64,000 nt of DNA from Paecilomyces variotii (GCA_004022145.1 RCNU01000008.1), one strand, 5' to 3'. Positions 21,643-36,213 are shown, counted from the stretch's first letter. The notes: generated from the sequence alone by a model not told the origin. Program-made: numbers and translations.

Positions 21643-23620
21643 ATGTCTGGAGCGAAAAGCAGGTTGTCAGGCCTTCTAGGCCACCTATCGCCGTTCCAAT
21701 CTGACGCCAATTCGACTACAGGGCAGTTTAGCCACCGCTTTAACCACCATACCCTCTCTCCTACCTTCTTCCTTCCACGAGCAGCTGCAATTGAGCCCAA
21801 CGTAAGATAAAGTCATGTTACAATGGCATAATTATCCCATTGCCAGTCACGTTACTTACGGATCCACAGGCAGAAGCAATTTACCATGTGACTGCAAACA
21901 AGAAGGTGCTTCGGAGGTCGTATATCGAGACCGCAGACCGCGCAAGAGGTCTGGCATATTATTTGAAGAAGCATGGCTTCAAGAGAGTCGGTATCTTGTG
22001 TCCTAATACTCCCGCTTTCCTTGAATCAATATTTGGAATCGCAGCCGCTGGTGCGATCAATGTTGGTATGAGCGATCTTCCCACCTTTGTTCTGTGATTC
22101 CTGTAAACTCACTGGATAACAGCTGTGAACTACCGTCTCAAGCCAGAAGATCTTGCATATATCTTTACACATGCAGACGTAGATGCTATCATAGTTGATC
22201 AGGAGTTTGTGCATCTTCTTGATGCTTATAGGAAGGAGCACCCAGATGTGCCACTTATTATAGACACTGATACGGATGCCACGGAGGGTGAACTGAGCGG
22301 TCCGTTCGATGATGCGGTCCTCGAAGGATTGAAGCATGATGCTTCAATTGGAGCTCATGGCTGGGAGGGTCTTCAAACCCATGCCGACGACGAAGAAGAT
22401 ATCATTGCCCTTGCTTACACCAGTGGAACGACAGCAAGACCGAAAGGCGTGGAGTATATCCATCGCGGATGCTACCTTGGAGCGTTGGCAAATGTGATTG
22501 AAGCAGGACTCAATTACAATACAGGTCGATGTCGGTACCTGTGGACATTGCCGATGTTCCACGCAATGGGTCCGTTTTCATGCTCCCTTATCTTGGTCAC
22601 CGCTAACGGATATAATCAGGCTGGACATTCCCGTGGGCAGTGACAGCAGTCCGAGGCACTCATTATTGTCTACGAAAAATCGACTATCCGGAAATCTGGA
22701 GACTACTCAAGGAAGAACGTGTCACGCATTTTGCTGCTGCGCCAACAGTCAACACACTTCTATGCGCCGCCCAGGAAGCTGAACGACTTCCAGAGCCTGT
22801 GCGGGTAACTGTTGCTGCCAGCCCGCCAACACCCCATCTTTTCGAACAGATGATCAGTCGAAATCTGTACCCAGTGCACGTATACGGAATGACGGAGACA
22901 TATGGACCCATTACAACAGGCTACTACTTGCCAGAATGGGATACGATACCGCAGGCGGAGAAGTATAAAAAGATGGCCAGACAAGGCCACGGCTTTGTCA
23001 CTAGTCTACCAGTTCGAGTGATCAAGACGGAAGTGCCCGAGGGTACCGTTATCGACGTTAAACCCGATGGTCAGGAGATCGGCGAAGTCGTATTTGTTGG
23101 AAACATCTGTGCAAAGGGCTACTACAAGGACCCAGAAGCAACCAGGAAACTCTTTGCGGGAGGTGTCCTCCATTCCGGAGATCTGGCAGTTTTGCATCCC
23201 GACGGAGCAATCCAGATCTTGGATCGAGCAAAAGATATTATCATTAGCGGTAAGATGTCCTGAAGATTGCACATTCGGAGCCCATGCTGATTTAATGGTC
23301 TAGGAGGAGAAAATATCTCATCAGTTGCTCTCGAGTCTATGCTGGCTACTCACCCCGATATCCTCGAAGTCGGTGTTGTGGCAGTTGCTGATGCGCACTG
23401 GGGCGAACGACCCAAAGCCTTCATCACCGTCATAGACGGCAAGGACTTGAAAGGTGAAGATGTGATTGAGTGGGCAAAGCATGTCAGTGGAATCAGCAAG
23501 TTCATGGTCCCTAGGGAAGTTGAAGTTGTACCAGAGCTGCCGAAGACAAGCACAGGAAAGGTCAAGAAGAACGTCCTTAGAGAATGGGCAAAGGGTGCCG
23601 ATCGAAATCTTGTGAAATGA
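21643..23620 (+). CDS. AMP-binding acyl-CoA synthetase (acyl-activating enzyme), probably peroxisomal
   Basis: ATG 21643, four GT-AG introns; YTSGTTARPKG, YGMTETYGP, HSGDL, DRAKDIIISGGENISS, LPKTSTGK; N-terminal RLSGLLGHL. Confidence 0.93.
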
Positions 23621-24955
23621 GGCTTCCAGAATTGATCTGGTTCGGATACTAGATGGTTTAGAATATCTTGCACGATAAACACAAGCATAGACGGTAGTAT
23701 AGGGGGCATTCAGATGCTAGATTGATCCACTTTCGTTATATTTCGCATCGTTAGTTGTTCTCTCGATTGTTCAAGTTTCGAGTCATATCACAGACTCGTC
23801 TATCCGAGATCAATACGAACAAATTTGTGCGGTGCACCAGAGAAGCATGGAAGTTCTTTCTCTTTGGATGAATTGCTTCAGTAATCTGGAATTGTATGTC
23901 ATGTAGATCGATCGATCGGCTATAGATTTAACCATATAACTCCCAGGCCTATCCCAGGATAATAATAGTTCGAGGACGGGAATGTGACTGGCACAGCTAG
24001 GAACTGCTTGTAAGCATATCTATGAACCAAGTTGTCATCTTCCTCGAACAGCTGCTTTGCTTGTGCTTTGCATAGAAAAGACATTACCGGATATACTGCA
24101 GGGAGTCTTGTCTTGATGTTCGCGTGAGTTATGGTGGATGGCAAGCATACCAGCGCCCACGGGATAGCGTCAAGCGACCAGCTCACAAGCCAAAGTTTCG
24201 CCAAGAAACCCCAGCAACAGCCTCATTCCTTCCGCTTCAGCTCCTTTACTAATGGGCCTTTACTCCTACAGCTCCTACCATACAGCTCCTGAGCACAGAG
24301 AGACTGGGAGTTGCAAAGCACCCCCGTTCATGCCTACGGTTCGCTATCGACACATTCGCTGTGGCTGGTCGTGACTTGGCCACGCAGTAACTTATCCTAA
24401 GCGCTTGTCGCCTCATCCCACCTCCGCCGCCCTCTCCTTGTTCGCCGCATCAGACGATTCCTTGTCGACATCACAACGGGCCGGATACCAGATCTCGATC
24501 CCGGTCATTTTCTTCTCACCGGAGCTTCCGGAGATGCCTATACTGCCCTTATAGGAGATCGGGATCGTTGTTTGCTCACTGGTACTGTGCTATTGTACCC
24601 CCCTTTGCGGTCTCCGTCAGGCTGTCAGCTCTTTGGCTAGAAGGCGCTTGTGCCACCACAGTTGCTGCGAAGCGTGCTTCCTTTGCCATAACGAGCTACG
24701 CTTGTACTTCCAGGGTTGCTTACTGCTGCCACCGATTGTAGCTAGCCTCGCGGCCGTTTTCGAGATCTGGAGTGCTCGATCCTCACCATCCAGACGAGGT
24801 TCCTTGAACGACTCGAGCAGATACTCTGCGGATCCTCCTACGACAGTTCGAGGGCGCATTCTCACTTCTCGTGGAGCCAACGGAATATATGGACCTTTGG
24901 GTGAAGAGAACTACATAGGAAGGCGCGTTTGACTCGGCTCTTGTACCCCGTCGCA

Positions 24956-26843
24956 ATGCTCCGCTCACGACCAGCGGCTCGATTTCCGAGCGAAGCCCTC
25001 TCCGAGTCTTCCTCCTCCACATCGCCTGAACGGGCCGCTGACGATGATACGGACTTCTTCATGGCACAGGCCAATGATTCGCAGTCATCTGTGGGCGTGA
25101 CTACAGTCCGAGAGGGAAACATTGATAGACAAGATGCGGCTATACCTCCGATCGGGCGACTGCCGCCTGAAATCCTGATCGCGATATTCTCGAAGCTCAA
25201 CTCGACTGCGGATATGCTGAACTGTATGCTTGTATGCCAGACCTGGGCAGCAAACTGTGTGGGGATACTATGGCATCGGCCGTCTTGCAATAAATGGGAT
25301 AATCTACGAAGTGTGGTGACCTCGGTGGGAAAGCGAGATGGTCTTTTCTCATACTCTGAGCTAGTGAAGAGGCTGAATCTCTCTGCGTTGACTGAAAAAG
25401 TCAGCGATGGCACGGTCGTGCCATTTACACAATGCAAACGGATCGAGCGTCTTACATTGACGAATTGCTCCAGGTTGACGGATAAGGGTGTTTCGGATCT
25501 CGTTGACGGGAACCGGCATCTACAGGCTTTGGATGTCTCGGAGTTACGCTCCCTCACAGACCACACTCTATTTACGGTTGCGAAGAACTGCCCTCGGTTG
25601 CAAGGTCTGAATATTACAGGATGCGTGAAGGTGACTGATGATTCCCTGGTTGCGGTGTCGGAAAACTGTCGACAGATAAAACGAGTAAGAAGTATTCTTC
25701 TAACCTGCATATAAAATTTATTTCTAACGGTTATAGTTAAAATTGAATGGCGTCGTCCAAGTTACCGACAAATCTGTTCTGTCTTTTTCAGAAAACTGTC
25801 CCTCGATACTTGAAATCGACCTGCATGACTGCAAGCTGATCACAAACACTTCGGTAACATCACTCCTCTCTTCACTCCGCAACCTGCGAGAACTGAGGCT
25901 CGCGCATTGCACCGAAATAAGCGATTCTGCCTTCCTAAGCCTCCCGGAGCATTTGGTCTTTGATAGTCTTCGCATTTTGGACCTTACTGCCTGCGAGAAC
26001 GTGAAAGATGACGCGGTGGAGCGCATAGTTAATTCCGCTCCTCGCCTGCGGAACCTTGTCCTTGCAAAATGTAGGTTCGTGACGGACCGGACTGTCCAGG
26101 CAATCTGCAAACTGGGTAAGAACCTTCATTATGTCCATCTTGGCCATTGTTCGAACATCACCGATGCTGCTGTGATCCAGCTGGTCAAATCTTGCAATCG
26201 CATCCGATATATAGATCTGGCGTGCTGTAACCGCCTGACGGACGCTAGTATCCAGCAGCTTGCGACGTTGCCGAAGCTCAGGAGAATTGGCCTCGTGAAG
26301 TGTCAAGCAATAACAGATCGGAGTATCCTTGCGCTGGCCCGTCCAAAGGTTTCTCCCCACCCGCTCGGAGTGAGCTGTCTGGAGCGAGTACACCTTAGCT
26401 ACTGTGTTAATCTGACAATGGATGTGAGTACTTTTGACATCTTAGTACCCATAGAAATGCACTTTATACTGACTTCTCAGGGGATCCATGCACTATTGAA
26501 CCACTGCCCGAGGTTAACGCACCTGAGCTTGACGGGAGTGCAAGCGTTCTTGCGAGAAGAGCTTACTGCATTCTGTCGAGAGGCCCCGCCTGAATTCACA
26601 CAGCAGCAGCGCGAAGTCTTCTGTGTTTTCAGTGGTGAAGGGGTCTCCCACCTTCGCGATTTCCTGAACAGGAGTGTTGCCCCTTTCCATGAAGATGGAG
26701 AGGCAACTATGTATGACGACGATGAAGAATTAGACGAGGAAGAGGGCCAGGTTACGGGCCTCATGAACGCGACTGCCATTCACGATGAAGAAGATGAAGA
26801 ACTGGGAGATGGCGCTATCGATGTGCCACATCCCCATGGTTGA
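24956..26843 (+). CDS. grrA: SCF E3 ligase F-box/leucine-rich-repeat protein GrrA (Grr1 homolog)
   Basis: F-box PPIGRLPPEILIAIF...CMLVCQTWA; ILWHRPSC; many cysteine-containing LRRs; THLSLTGVQAF; EFTQQQREVFCVFSG; introns 25685-25736 and 26424-26480. Confidence 0.95.
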
Positions 26844-28030
26844 TACCCCTGCTTTAAGTCTATCCGGCTGATTCGTATTTTACACGGTCTCGCATCTCCC
26901 TTGTTCGGATGCCTGTGATCTGCTACTTCAAAGCGAGCTTCACCCGTATGATCAATGTTCATTCATACTCATTTCTCGCTACTTTAGCGAGATAAACAGA
27001 GCGGGGGTATTAGCAAACACGGAGCCCCAGCAGCCTTTGCAGAGAGGTCCAAGGACGTCTGCAACTAAGCGCATACGCTCTACCGAGCCATACCGACTGA
27101 TAGCGTGCAGAGCGAGATATAATGATATTTTGTTTCCTTTCCTACCTCTGCATTCCGCTACTCTGAAGCAAGTGCGCTATCGTGCAGCCCGCCGCTGCCT
27201 GGGAAGACGTATGCTCAGATTACTTGCGTTCTGCTGTACATACACACGCTTCGAATACTTCGAGTGCTCTTGTCGTGCTATTACACAGCTGTATCATTTG
27301 AAACCTTTCTGGATGACTTAGAGCGAATTTTGAAGATTCAAGCATCAAATCTCAAGCGTCGAATGACGAAGCGATGATATTTCTCCCCGCGTTGGTGTTA
27401 CCTTGCAGATATACCAGAACAGCCGATTAGAGAATTAACATTTTTGTATCTTATTGAGCTGTATTGTCTGGCCAGCTGCCAGTCCCCGATCTACGTACAT
27501 TCTAGGAAAGTGATGTGCTAAAACATCGTCACTCTATCGCGCTCGATTAAACGGACCACTCCGCTTTTCGTAGGCACATAATCCAGATCACATCGAGTTT
27601 AGCTTCGACAAAGGAGATCATTAGCGACGATTCAATAATAAGGCCTGTTGTAGTTCTCCGGCTATCTGCGCTTAGGTGCAGCGAATGACGTGGAGTAGGT
27701 TAATCCTATCCTCGACGAGCCCAAGCTACATAGTATACGTTCCCATTGGCATGCATAGCATTATTAAATATCAGCTGTCGCTGTCTGTGATCTAAAGATA
27801 GTGCGATGGGATCTGACCGGGAGTTTCCCGTCAGAAAAGCTCCCGAAGAAGCTTAGAGCTTTGCTTCGCCTTCCAGCCCCCCCCCGCGTTCGACCTCCAC
27901 CGCGCGACGATAACGACATCGCTTAATAACTACTTTCCTCGAACACAATTCCTTTTTGCTCCATGTCCTAAGGAGGCCATACTTTAGTCGCCTGCCACTG
28001 CGCCGGTTCCATCCGCGAAAGGTAGGATCC

Positions 28031-30916
28031 ATGGCTTTACACAAGGCTGCGCGAGCGAATCCTCTGGCCTTCACACCCGGCCCTGTGACAATAATAGTGA
28101 CCGTTATCTATGTCGCGCTCATCGTGCCGCTGCTCGTCATCCGTCATGTTCTACCGTCCGCACCGAGCACAGATCCAAAGGGTATCAATCTCACGGAGGC
28201 GTGGGTAGACCTCCAACACCTTACTGCGGGTTTCCATCCCTACAATTCCCACCGGAATGACGATGTACATCAATGGCTGTTGACGAGGGTTAACGAAATC
28301 CTCGAGGCGCGCGCTTCAGACGAAGCGCACCAGTCCGCGGGAGAAGAAAGACCGGACGTCTTCGTTTTTGATGACAATACGTCTAATCTGACCTTTTCTG
28401 GAGGTAGTGTCGCCAGCACTATCACTCTGGGAGTGTATTTCGAAGGTACCAACATAATCGTATATATCCGCGGATCCGAGGACAGCAAAGACAAATGGTG
28501 GGATGATCCAGAAGGCGAGCCTGAGGGCAAAGGCGGCGTCTTGGTCAATGCGCACTATGATAGCGTCTCGACCGGTTATGGTGCGACGGACGATGGTGTC
28601 GGGGTTATCACCTGTCTCCAATTGATCAAATACTTTACCACGCCCGGACACGCTCCACGGAAGGGATTGGTGGTGCTATTCAACAACGGCGAGGAAGATT
28701 TTCTCAATGGCGCGCGTGTATACAGTCAGCATCCAATCTCCAAGTTCCCTCACACTTTCCTGAATCTGGAAGGCGCCGGAGCTGGAGGACGAGCTACACT
28801 CTTCCGCAGTTCTGACACGGAAGTCACTCGATTCTATGAGAGATCACAGTATCCGTATGGCTCAGTCCTCAGCAAAGATGGGTTCCGGCTTGTTCGCAGT
28901 CAAACCGACTACGTCGTCTTCGAAGGTGACCTTGGTCTCCGTGGGTTGGATGTTGCATTCATGGAACCTCGAGCTAGGTACCACACCGATCAGGATGATG
29001 CGAGACATACCAGCAAGGATGCCGTGTGGCATATGCTATCAGCCGCCGTTGCTACGACTGAGGGTCTTGTGTCTGATTCCAGCAATCGCTTCGATGGAGA
29101 TGCGCAAGAGCCTGGAAAGGTACCCAGCGGTAAAGGTTCGGACGCGGTGTGGTTCGATCTGTTTGGTAGTGCCTTTGCTGTATTCCAGCTTCACACCCTG
29201 TTTGCACTCTCAGTGACCTTGCTTATCGTAGGACCACTGACCCTATTTGTCACCAGTGTGGCGGTATCTAAAGTCAACAGAATGTATCTTTTCAGCATGT
29301 CGGTCCCCCTGGACGAAGCCGGTGACGAGAGAGTCCCGCTTTATGGTCTGAGAGGAATATTCCGGTTCATATTCCTGTTTGGGGTGCCCACTGGGGTTGC
29401 AGTCGGTCTGGCCTACCTGCTAACCAAGGTCAATCCCCAGATCATACATAGCAGCGAATATGCTGTTTGGAGTATGATCATATCTGCCTGGTTCTTCTTA
29501 GCATGGTTTGTGTCTCGTGCAGCAGATTTCGCTCGACCTTCTGCTCTTCACCGAGTCTACACTTTGACTTGGCTGTTCATTGTGGTGTGGGTGCTTCTTG
29601 TCGTCACCACCGTCTATGAGAACAAATCTGGCTTAGCTGGAGGTTACTTTGTCTTTTTCTACTTCGTTGGGGTATTCCTGGCTACGTGGATTTCTTATTT
29701 GGAGCTGTTTTCGCTACCGAGGAAATCCGATTATGTGAGCCAGTTCCGACAGACGTCGCGGAGAGCAAGCAGCTTTGGCAGTCGACTTCTTACCCCTACC
29801 GCCGACGAGATTGGAAGCACGGCCAATGCTGAAGAGGAACCGACGGAATCCACGTCTCTGCTGCGAGGGGGAGGACAGCGAATGACATTCGCGCACTACA
29901 CTCGCGTAGAAGATGACAACCATACCACGAGCGATCTCACTGTCCAAGAGCATGATCGCGGCCCAGCTGTATATGGACATGAGCAGCAATGGAGCGCTAA
30001 ACTTCCCAAGTGGACATGGGTACTGCAGCTGCTTCTCCTGGCCCCAATTGTCATTATTTTAGTTGGTCAGATCGGCCTTTTCCTGACAAGTGCTCTCCAT
30101 CAGACCGGTCAAGACGGCAGTTCTGTCTTAACCGTCTATTTGCTGATCGTTGCTTGCGCGGTGCTCATCCTTGTGCCTATACTGCCATTCATCCATCGAT
30201 ATACCTACCACATCCCAGTTTTCTTGCTTTTGATCTTTATTGGCACACTCATCTACAACCTGGTCGCATTCCCATTCTCTCCAACAAATCGCTTGAAACT
30301 TTTCTTCATTCAGGAAGTCGACCTGGATACCGGTGTCAACCGTGCGTCGCTCACGGGTATCCCTCCATTTGTGAATGATGCGGTGAACGCCGTTCCTAGC
30401 GCCGCGGGCCAAAACATAACCTGCGATTGGCTTGGGCCCCGATTGAAGTGCTCTTGGGAGGGACTTCCACCGCATGTCACCAGTACAGAATTGTCCTCTC
30501 TATCCACGGGCTCAGAGAGCGACTGGGTATCATTTAATGTCTCAAAGACAAGCGCCAAGAGGGCCACCTTCGATATCTCCGGGAAAAATACACGGGCCTG
30601 CAAAATCTTATTCGACTCCCCTGTTTCGGACTTTAACGTTGCCGGAAGCGCCCTCGACGATCGCTTTCCTCATATTTCTCACCACGGAACCAAGGAGATT
30701 CGACTCTGGAGCCGTACGTGGGACAGGACATGGACAGTTGACGTTCGATGGCCGAAGGGGGACCTGAGTGGACGGGTAGTCTGCTTGTGGAGCGACCATA
30801 ATCGCCCGGGACTCATCCCCGCGCTGGATGAGGTTCAGCAGTACATCCCTGACTGGGCTGCAATAAGTAAGTTATCGGACGGTCTCGTCGAGGGCAGCAA
30901 GTCCTTCAAAGTCTAA
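28031..30916 (+). CDS. PFF1: Vacuolar membrane protease, M28 metallopeptidase (Pff1/FXNA-like)
   Basis: Single exon from ATG 28031; N-terminal TM, M28 zinc ligands NAHYDS, ATDDG, NGEED, NLEG, YHT, followed by multiple TM helices. Confidence 0.9.
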   Translation: MALHKAARANPLAFTPGPVTIIVTVIYVALIVPLLVIRHVLPSAPSTDPKGINLTEAWVDLQHLTAGFHPYNSHRNDDVHQWLLTRVNEILEARASDEAHQSAGEERPDVFVFDDNTSNLTFSGGSVASTITLGVYFEGTNIIVYIRGSEDSKDKWWDDPEGEPEGKGGVLVNAHYDSVSTGYGATDDGVGVITCLQLIKYFTTPGHAPRKGLVVLFNNGEEDFLNGARVYSQHPISKFPHTFLNLEGAGAGGRATLFRSSDTEVTRFYERSQYPYGSVLSKDGFRLVRSQTDYVVFEGDLGLRGLDVAFMEPRARYHTDQDDARHTSKDAVWHMLSAAVATTEGLVSDSSNRFDGDAQEPGKVPSGKGSDAVWFDLFGSAFAVFQLHTLFALSVTLLIVGPLTLFVTSVAVSKVNRMYLFSMSVPLDEAGDERVPLYGLRGIFRFIFLFGVPTGVAVGLAYLLTKVNPQIIHSSEYAVWSMIISAWFFLAWFVSRAADFARPSALHRVYTLTWLFIVVWVLLVVTTVYENKSGLAGGYFVFFYFVGVFLATWISYLELFSLPRKSDYVSQFRQTSRRASSFGSRLLTPTADEIGSTANAEEEPTESTSLLRGGGQRMTFAHYTRVEDDNHTTSDLTVQEHDRGPAVYGHEQQWSAKLPKWTWVLQLLLLAPIVIILVGQIGLFLTSALHQTGQDGSSVLTVYLLIVACAVLILVPILPFIHRYTYHIPVFLLLIFIGTLIYNLVAFPFSPTNRLKLFFIQEVDLDTGVNRASLTGIPPFVNDAVNAVPSAAGQNITCDWLGPRLKCSWEGLPPHVTSTELSSLSTGSESDWVSFNVSKTSAKRATFDISGKNTRACKILFDSPVSDFNVAGSALDDRFPHISHHGTKEIRLWSRTWDRTWTVDVRWPKGDLSGRVVCLWSDHNRPGLIPALDEVQQYIPDWAAISKLSDGLVEGSKSFKV

Positions 30917-32169
30917 AGAATGAATGATGGGAAGTATGATATCACGACCTACACGTTGCGATGTGTTTGTATCATATTTGTGGATTTCGGTTACTTTCAG
31001 TATCGTTTTTGGGGCATCAGTCTCAAACACGTTGCTGCTGTCCCAGTACTTGTAGATATCAAGGCGTTCGGTTGTTTGGCATCATGAGTTTATACGTTGT
31101 TTTGGATTCCTTTCTACCTCAGGAGCATGTTGTGATCATTAGTCAGTCGTACCTATTAGTTAACTATGGAGTCATTCTTGAAATCTTTTGGAGCATCTTC
31201 TTTCAGTAGGTAATCCAACCTCTCCCAGAAATTCTCCGTCGGGAACCGGAACAATTTAGGCATGCAACACGAACCTGATCTTCTTCCCATAACTTCTTCC
31301 GCGGGGGCCAAAACTTACACATAGGATCCTTCTCGCATAAACTAATCGAGTAGCATGCATATAACTAGATATAGGATGCTGACGTGAGACCCACGTGTAT
31401 TGTACTTATGCACAGTATATACAATGCATAAGGCGCGCCTTCAAGAGTAGGTAAAATTCACACTCCGGTGTATGCTAGCACTAGCACTTTTTTAAGAGCA
31501 ATCAAATACGAAGAAGTAGTGAGTGGGAGGGATATATCCAGGACTCATAACTGTATTCAATATGCTTTAAACTTTTTTTTTAAAAAAAAAAAAGAAAAAG
31601 AAAAAAGCAGGTCGTGACCACCATGCGTGTGGGGGCAGAAAAGGCGTGGGAGGATAGGGTTAGCATTTTGGATTATGTTCAATTCAAGGAAACTTAAAGT
31701 TTCGATAGATATTCGAATACTCTATATCAGGGCTGATAGCAGATAGATAGATAGAGTTTTTAGGCTTTCTGCTAAGACATCGTCTAGAAGAAATATCGGG
31801 TTTTAGGTACCTACCTACCTAACTATTTGGCCCCCAATTTCGGATTCGATGATTCTCTCCATACCCGAGTCAGGTATGCAAGCAGCGATGACCACTGGTT
31901 ATCGTATTTCTGAGCAAAGCAAATGTAATTTCATGGAAAAGATATCTTTTCTCGTATCCTGTCTGCAAATGTAACCTGACCCATGCATGAAACCAAAAGC
32001 CCAAGTAGGTACCTATTTTCCATATACCTCCCCACCACTCAAGTAAAAAGGACAAAAAAAAAACAATATAACGCCGTTCCGTTCTATATGCATAGTAGAG
32101 GGTATCAAGTGCGCGAATAACAGGGCTAAAAAGAAATCAACGCGGACACCAGAAGAAATAAATGGATGA

Positions 32170-33567
32170 TCATCGTGTTCTGGGCGAATCTGCTTCCTTC
32201 AATGTGCGCACGTCCCAGTCCTGCGTGACGAGGATGCCTTGTAGATTTTCCATTTGGCGCTGGAACATACTATTTGCCTCTGAGTCGATGTCTTGTTTCG
32301 GCTGAACGGAACAGATGTTTGTAGGGGGAGGAAATATCCCCGTGTTTGCAGTGAGTGGGCGGAATGCGTTATTCCTGACTTCGATCGAGGCAATTCTGTG
32401 ATGGGATCGGAGATGAGTTTGGGAGAGCGTCCCAGATTCAGTATTAGATTCGGTTGACAGTCCGTAACAACTTTGGCGGCGGATTGGTTTCGATAGGATG
32501 GGTTGTAGGACGGGAAGGCAAGCAGCAATGATGCTTAAGCACGGTTCGAGAGCACTCCAGATGGCGTGGTAGACTATGCTGTAAGACATATCTGCGGTAT
32601 TGAGTTGAGCGATGGAAACGATTCGTAGAGCTGCTATTACGCAGACCCTATAATATTATTGTTAGAACCACGTCAAGAGGTGTTCGGTTGTTGTTGCTGT
32701 TGTTCCTTACGCAGATCCAAACAAGAAGACGCTACCCAGGGCCATCTTCTTTGTTCCAGGTAGTCGTAGATGCCGGAGCATGGGAATGGGTATAATGAGA
32801 ATGATGGCATTGAGGACCAAGTCAATAATAGAAACACTGATCCATGACGCACGGATGTTGATGCAGTGTCCACCCTGTATAGACTTATCCCAAATATATG
32901 CGAGGGGAGAGCAGAGTAGACACATGCGGATAATTGTGCTCACCCAGCAGGCCACAACGAGTGCAGCCACTGTATATGCGGTGACCAAGAACCGTCTCGA
33001 AGGGAATGTGGTAATATATAGATGTATCATGGATATTCTCGCACAGGAATTCGACGATATCCAAAGAGGCTCGACAGCCATGTAGATCTGAGATGCTGTC
33101 AGGTCACACTGATGAAGTAATATGCCTCGTGATGCCTACCTTCATCAAATAACTCATTTTATTCGACGATAACATCGAGGCGTGGTACCCGATGCCGCCT
33201 GATCGAGTGCCTACATGTTGGTTTAGCTGAGGTTTCATGATCTTATCGCCTGCTGTGGTATCACTTACCAAGGATAAGAACCGCCATTTCTCCTACTTGG
33301 AAAACCTATCATTTGAATATCAGAAAACATCCAAACCACCATAGTACTTCCTCATGGTTGACAGCCGGGACGCACCAGAGCAGCCATTATCATAAAGTCG
33401 TTGACCGTTAGAGTCGACCTTCTAAGCCTTCTTGCCCATAATCGTAAACCAACGAACAGGAAACTCAGTGCCGAAAAAATGACCGTGATAATGATAACCA
33501 CAGCCCCTTTCGACGAAGTCGAATTTGAATAATCCGTATGCTGTGCCACACCTGAAGCCATGGCCAT
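32170..33567 (-). CDS. PTH11-like (fungal rhodopsin-domain) 7-TM GPCR-like protein without CFEM domain
   Basis: Five exons reconstructed with GT-AG introns; FVGLRLWAR..LTVNDFMI, GIGYH, CSPLAYIWDKSIQGGHC, DLVLNAIILIIPIPML, WSALEPCLSIIAACLP. Confidence 0.88.
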
Positions 33568-36213
33568 GGGATGTGATATTGTATGTGGTTGAAAAGTCAC
33601 TCTCCCAGAGGGGAGTAGAACCGATATAAGCAGCCATAGTTGACCGCTAAGTTTCTACCAATGCCTCTCAGCTTGTTGAAAGAAGACCAGGATCAGCCAC
33701 GATTAAGCAAAAGCTTCCACCCAAACCTCCACACATGGGCTAGCCACGCGACGATGTTAGTGTCGATTAACTTGGTGGCTTTTGCTGACGGGGACCATGA
33801 CAACGGGATCACCATTGGATTTCCGAGATCGATATTGACCCCACTCTTCAAAATAGATATAATAAGCTCTTGATGAAACGAACGGCCGGGTGGTCAGATC
33901 CAATTTCTGGAATCCGGATGGAATAACGGTAGAAAAAACGGCCCCAGTCTTCCTTCGGACGGAGCGAAGAGGATTCGCTGACTTTCATAGACCACCATGG
34001 CTCTCGTAGGTCGGGAAGATTGTAGATCGGCCGGCCCTAAGTGCCCTGTGACAAAGCAACTGCAACGTGGTAGACCATATGCGGCCGTAATTATGGCCGT
34101 AGAGATCTATGCAATTCAGCGAAATCGACAGAGATAGGGCATAGTGCTGCAGCCACAGCGTGGCAGTAGAAGTGATCGGACTCCACCGATCGCCTCGTAT
34201 ACTTCGCATTCACATACCGCTTCCCTGGAAATAAGTGGCTTGAATACCCATCTTGGTTCATACCTAGGGTCCAATATACGGCCTGAAGTGAGATCACCGG
34301 CAAATAGATGGCGGCCAATGTTGAAGGATTCGGGCTCCACGTTGGGGGCCAAGCATGATAGAAAGACGTTCGCAGCGTCACGTCCATTTGTCATCTAGTT
34401 ATCCTGTGGTATTTATGTAAGCTATACTTGATGATATTCAAGGGCTTTTTACGCCCCAAAGGATTTGACAGACCCGTCGAGGTAGGTTCGTTTTGTGTAT
34501 AAATAAAAAATCGATCCTGCTGGATCCCACTGCAGTATCCAAATCAAGGTACCGTTTTCTTCACCTAGGAAACAGCCCGGCGACGGGAACCGGAATCCAC
34601 ATTGGATCATTCTCTTGAGATCCTTCGATGTTTCAAGTTGAAACAGTATCTGCTCAGTTTCGCATTTATCCAAAGGATTCTGCTGTATACAACTCCGTGT
34701 CGCGATGGCGCTGCAAGATTGACAATTATCGGCTATCGCTGCGGTCCTTCGCCCTTCGAGCTATAGTGAGTACGAGATGATTCTCATAAACTTTTCAATA
34801 GATTGACAATTATGTTTTTTTCAAAGTAATTTCGTAGATCATAAATCTTCGTGGATATCGCCAAGCTAGACCAGGTTCAGGTACGTATAATGACTAACCA
34901 ACAGACGACCACTGAGGATTGCTGCTGCCTTAAACCAATACTTCACTGAGAAGGATAAATCATGTACATACGAATTGAGTACGACTTTCGCTGAACTGCC
35001 ACGATATAGTCACCTCAAATACGTCGCTCATCGCAGTCTTTATCCAGCCCGAAGCAATTTCAACAAATTTCGCAACTTGAGCAACAAATCATCTGTTGAG
35101 TCTAGGATAGATCTCGACGATAATATCATCGACACTACCGTCCGACCAAGGAGGACGAATACAACGCGAGTTCTGCGATGCCAAAAGCACAAAATTCGTA
35201 CATCCTGTTCGGGAAGGCTGCCAATTTATACAAAAAAGAAGCGGTGATTGACCTTGGGGAGCGTACAGTGTCTAACTCATATCCACAGTCACAATAACTA
35301 ATCCTGACGTCTAATTAAAATAGCTGTAATTGTCCCTGTCGGTTATTGACGTAGTAACTTGCAGACTCTGTCAATTCCCACATCAACAGCAAATCTCATC
35401 ACCCCATCAGAAGAATATAAGAGGCATTATTTCTATAGCGCGGAACTATGACTCGACTTCTCTACCCAATTCCAGCCTTTAGCCGCCTTTCTCCCCAACA
35501 ATTCACAATGGCGATATGGATAGTGATGATCTAAAATGCGGGGTCTAGCGGAGAAGATTTGCTCGGAGATTTTCTCTGCGGGGAAAGGATTGGTGGGTAA
35601 AATGGATAATCTCTTCTTACGGGGAGATCTTACCAGTTTCCGTCATGCCACGAGGTCTTCTCTGCCAAATCGGGTGGTTGATGGTGGCTTGTCGTAGGTT
35701 CCGATGTGTTTTCGAATACGAGGTAGACCACGCTGTAACAACGGCACAGGGCTACTGCTACTGGAAAGGAAGATATGAGTCGGAATTGATTTCATTGTGG
35801 TTATACTAGATTTGTCTGTTGTAAACCTCAAATCATGGAGGATTGGTCAGTCATGACGTCTTGATTCGGCATCTCCGAAGGCGACGACCATTTCCGACAT
35901 GCCCGGTTTCTTTCGATCACTAAGTGTCTCAGGGTTGTAGCTAGTAATTTTTCAATTATAGCATCTGATGATGAGGGAGTGTTCCCCTACGTCTGCATCG
36001 GATAGTGGGTGGCATTTTCTAGCTCACCGCGTCTATGCGCATTCTGGCGCAATAGACAGGTTTCGCATGTGCTGTACATGAATGGGCCCTTTGATGGCCC
36101 TACAGCACGGCGGGAGTCCCTTTCTTGGGATTCCTTGCGATAATCGAGTCTCGTAAAGTGGCACTCGTATCTTGTATAGGAGAGTAAATTCAAGCTTCAG
36201 CCGAAGTCTCGTT

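Noticed and set aside
27956-28030. 25-aa N-terminal extension of Pff1 in the ORF track
   Set aside because: It starts at TTG; the first ATG (28031) has a G at +4 and gives the expected N-terminus.
31573-31830. T9A12 tract and TA-rich (GATA/TACC) stretch as a RIP-degraded transposon
   Set aside because: Short, with no terminal repeats or residual coding similarity; consistent with ordinary AT-rich intergenic DNA.
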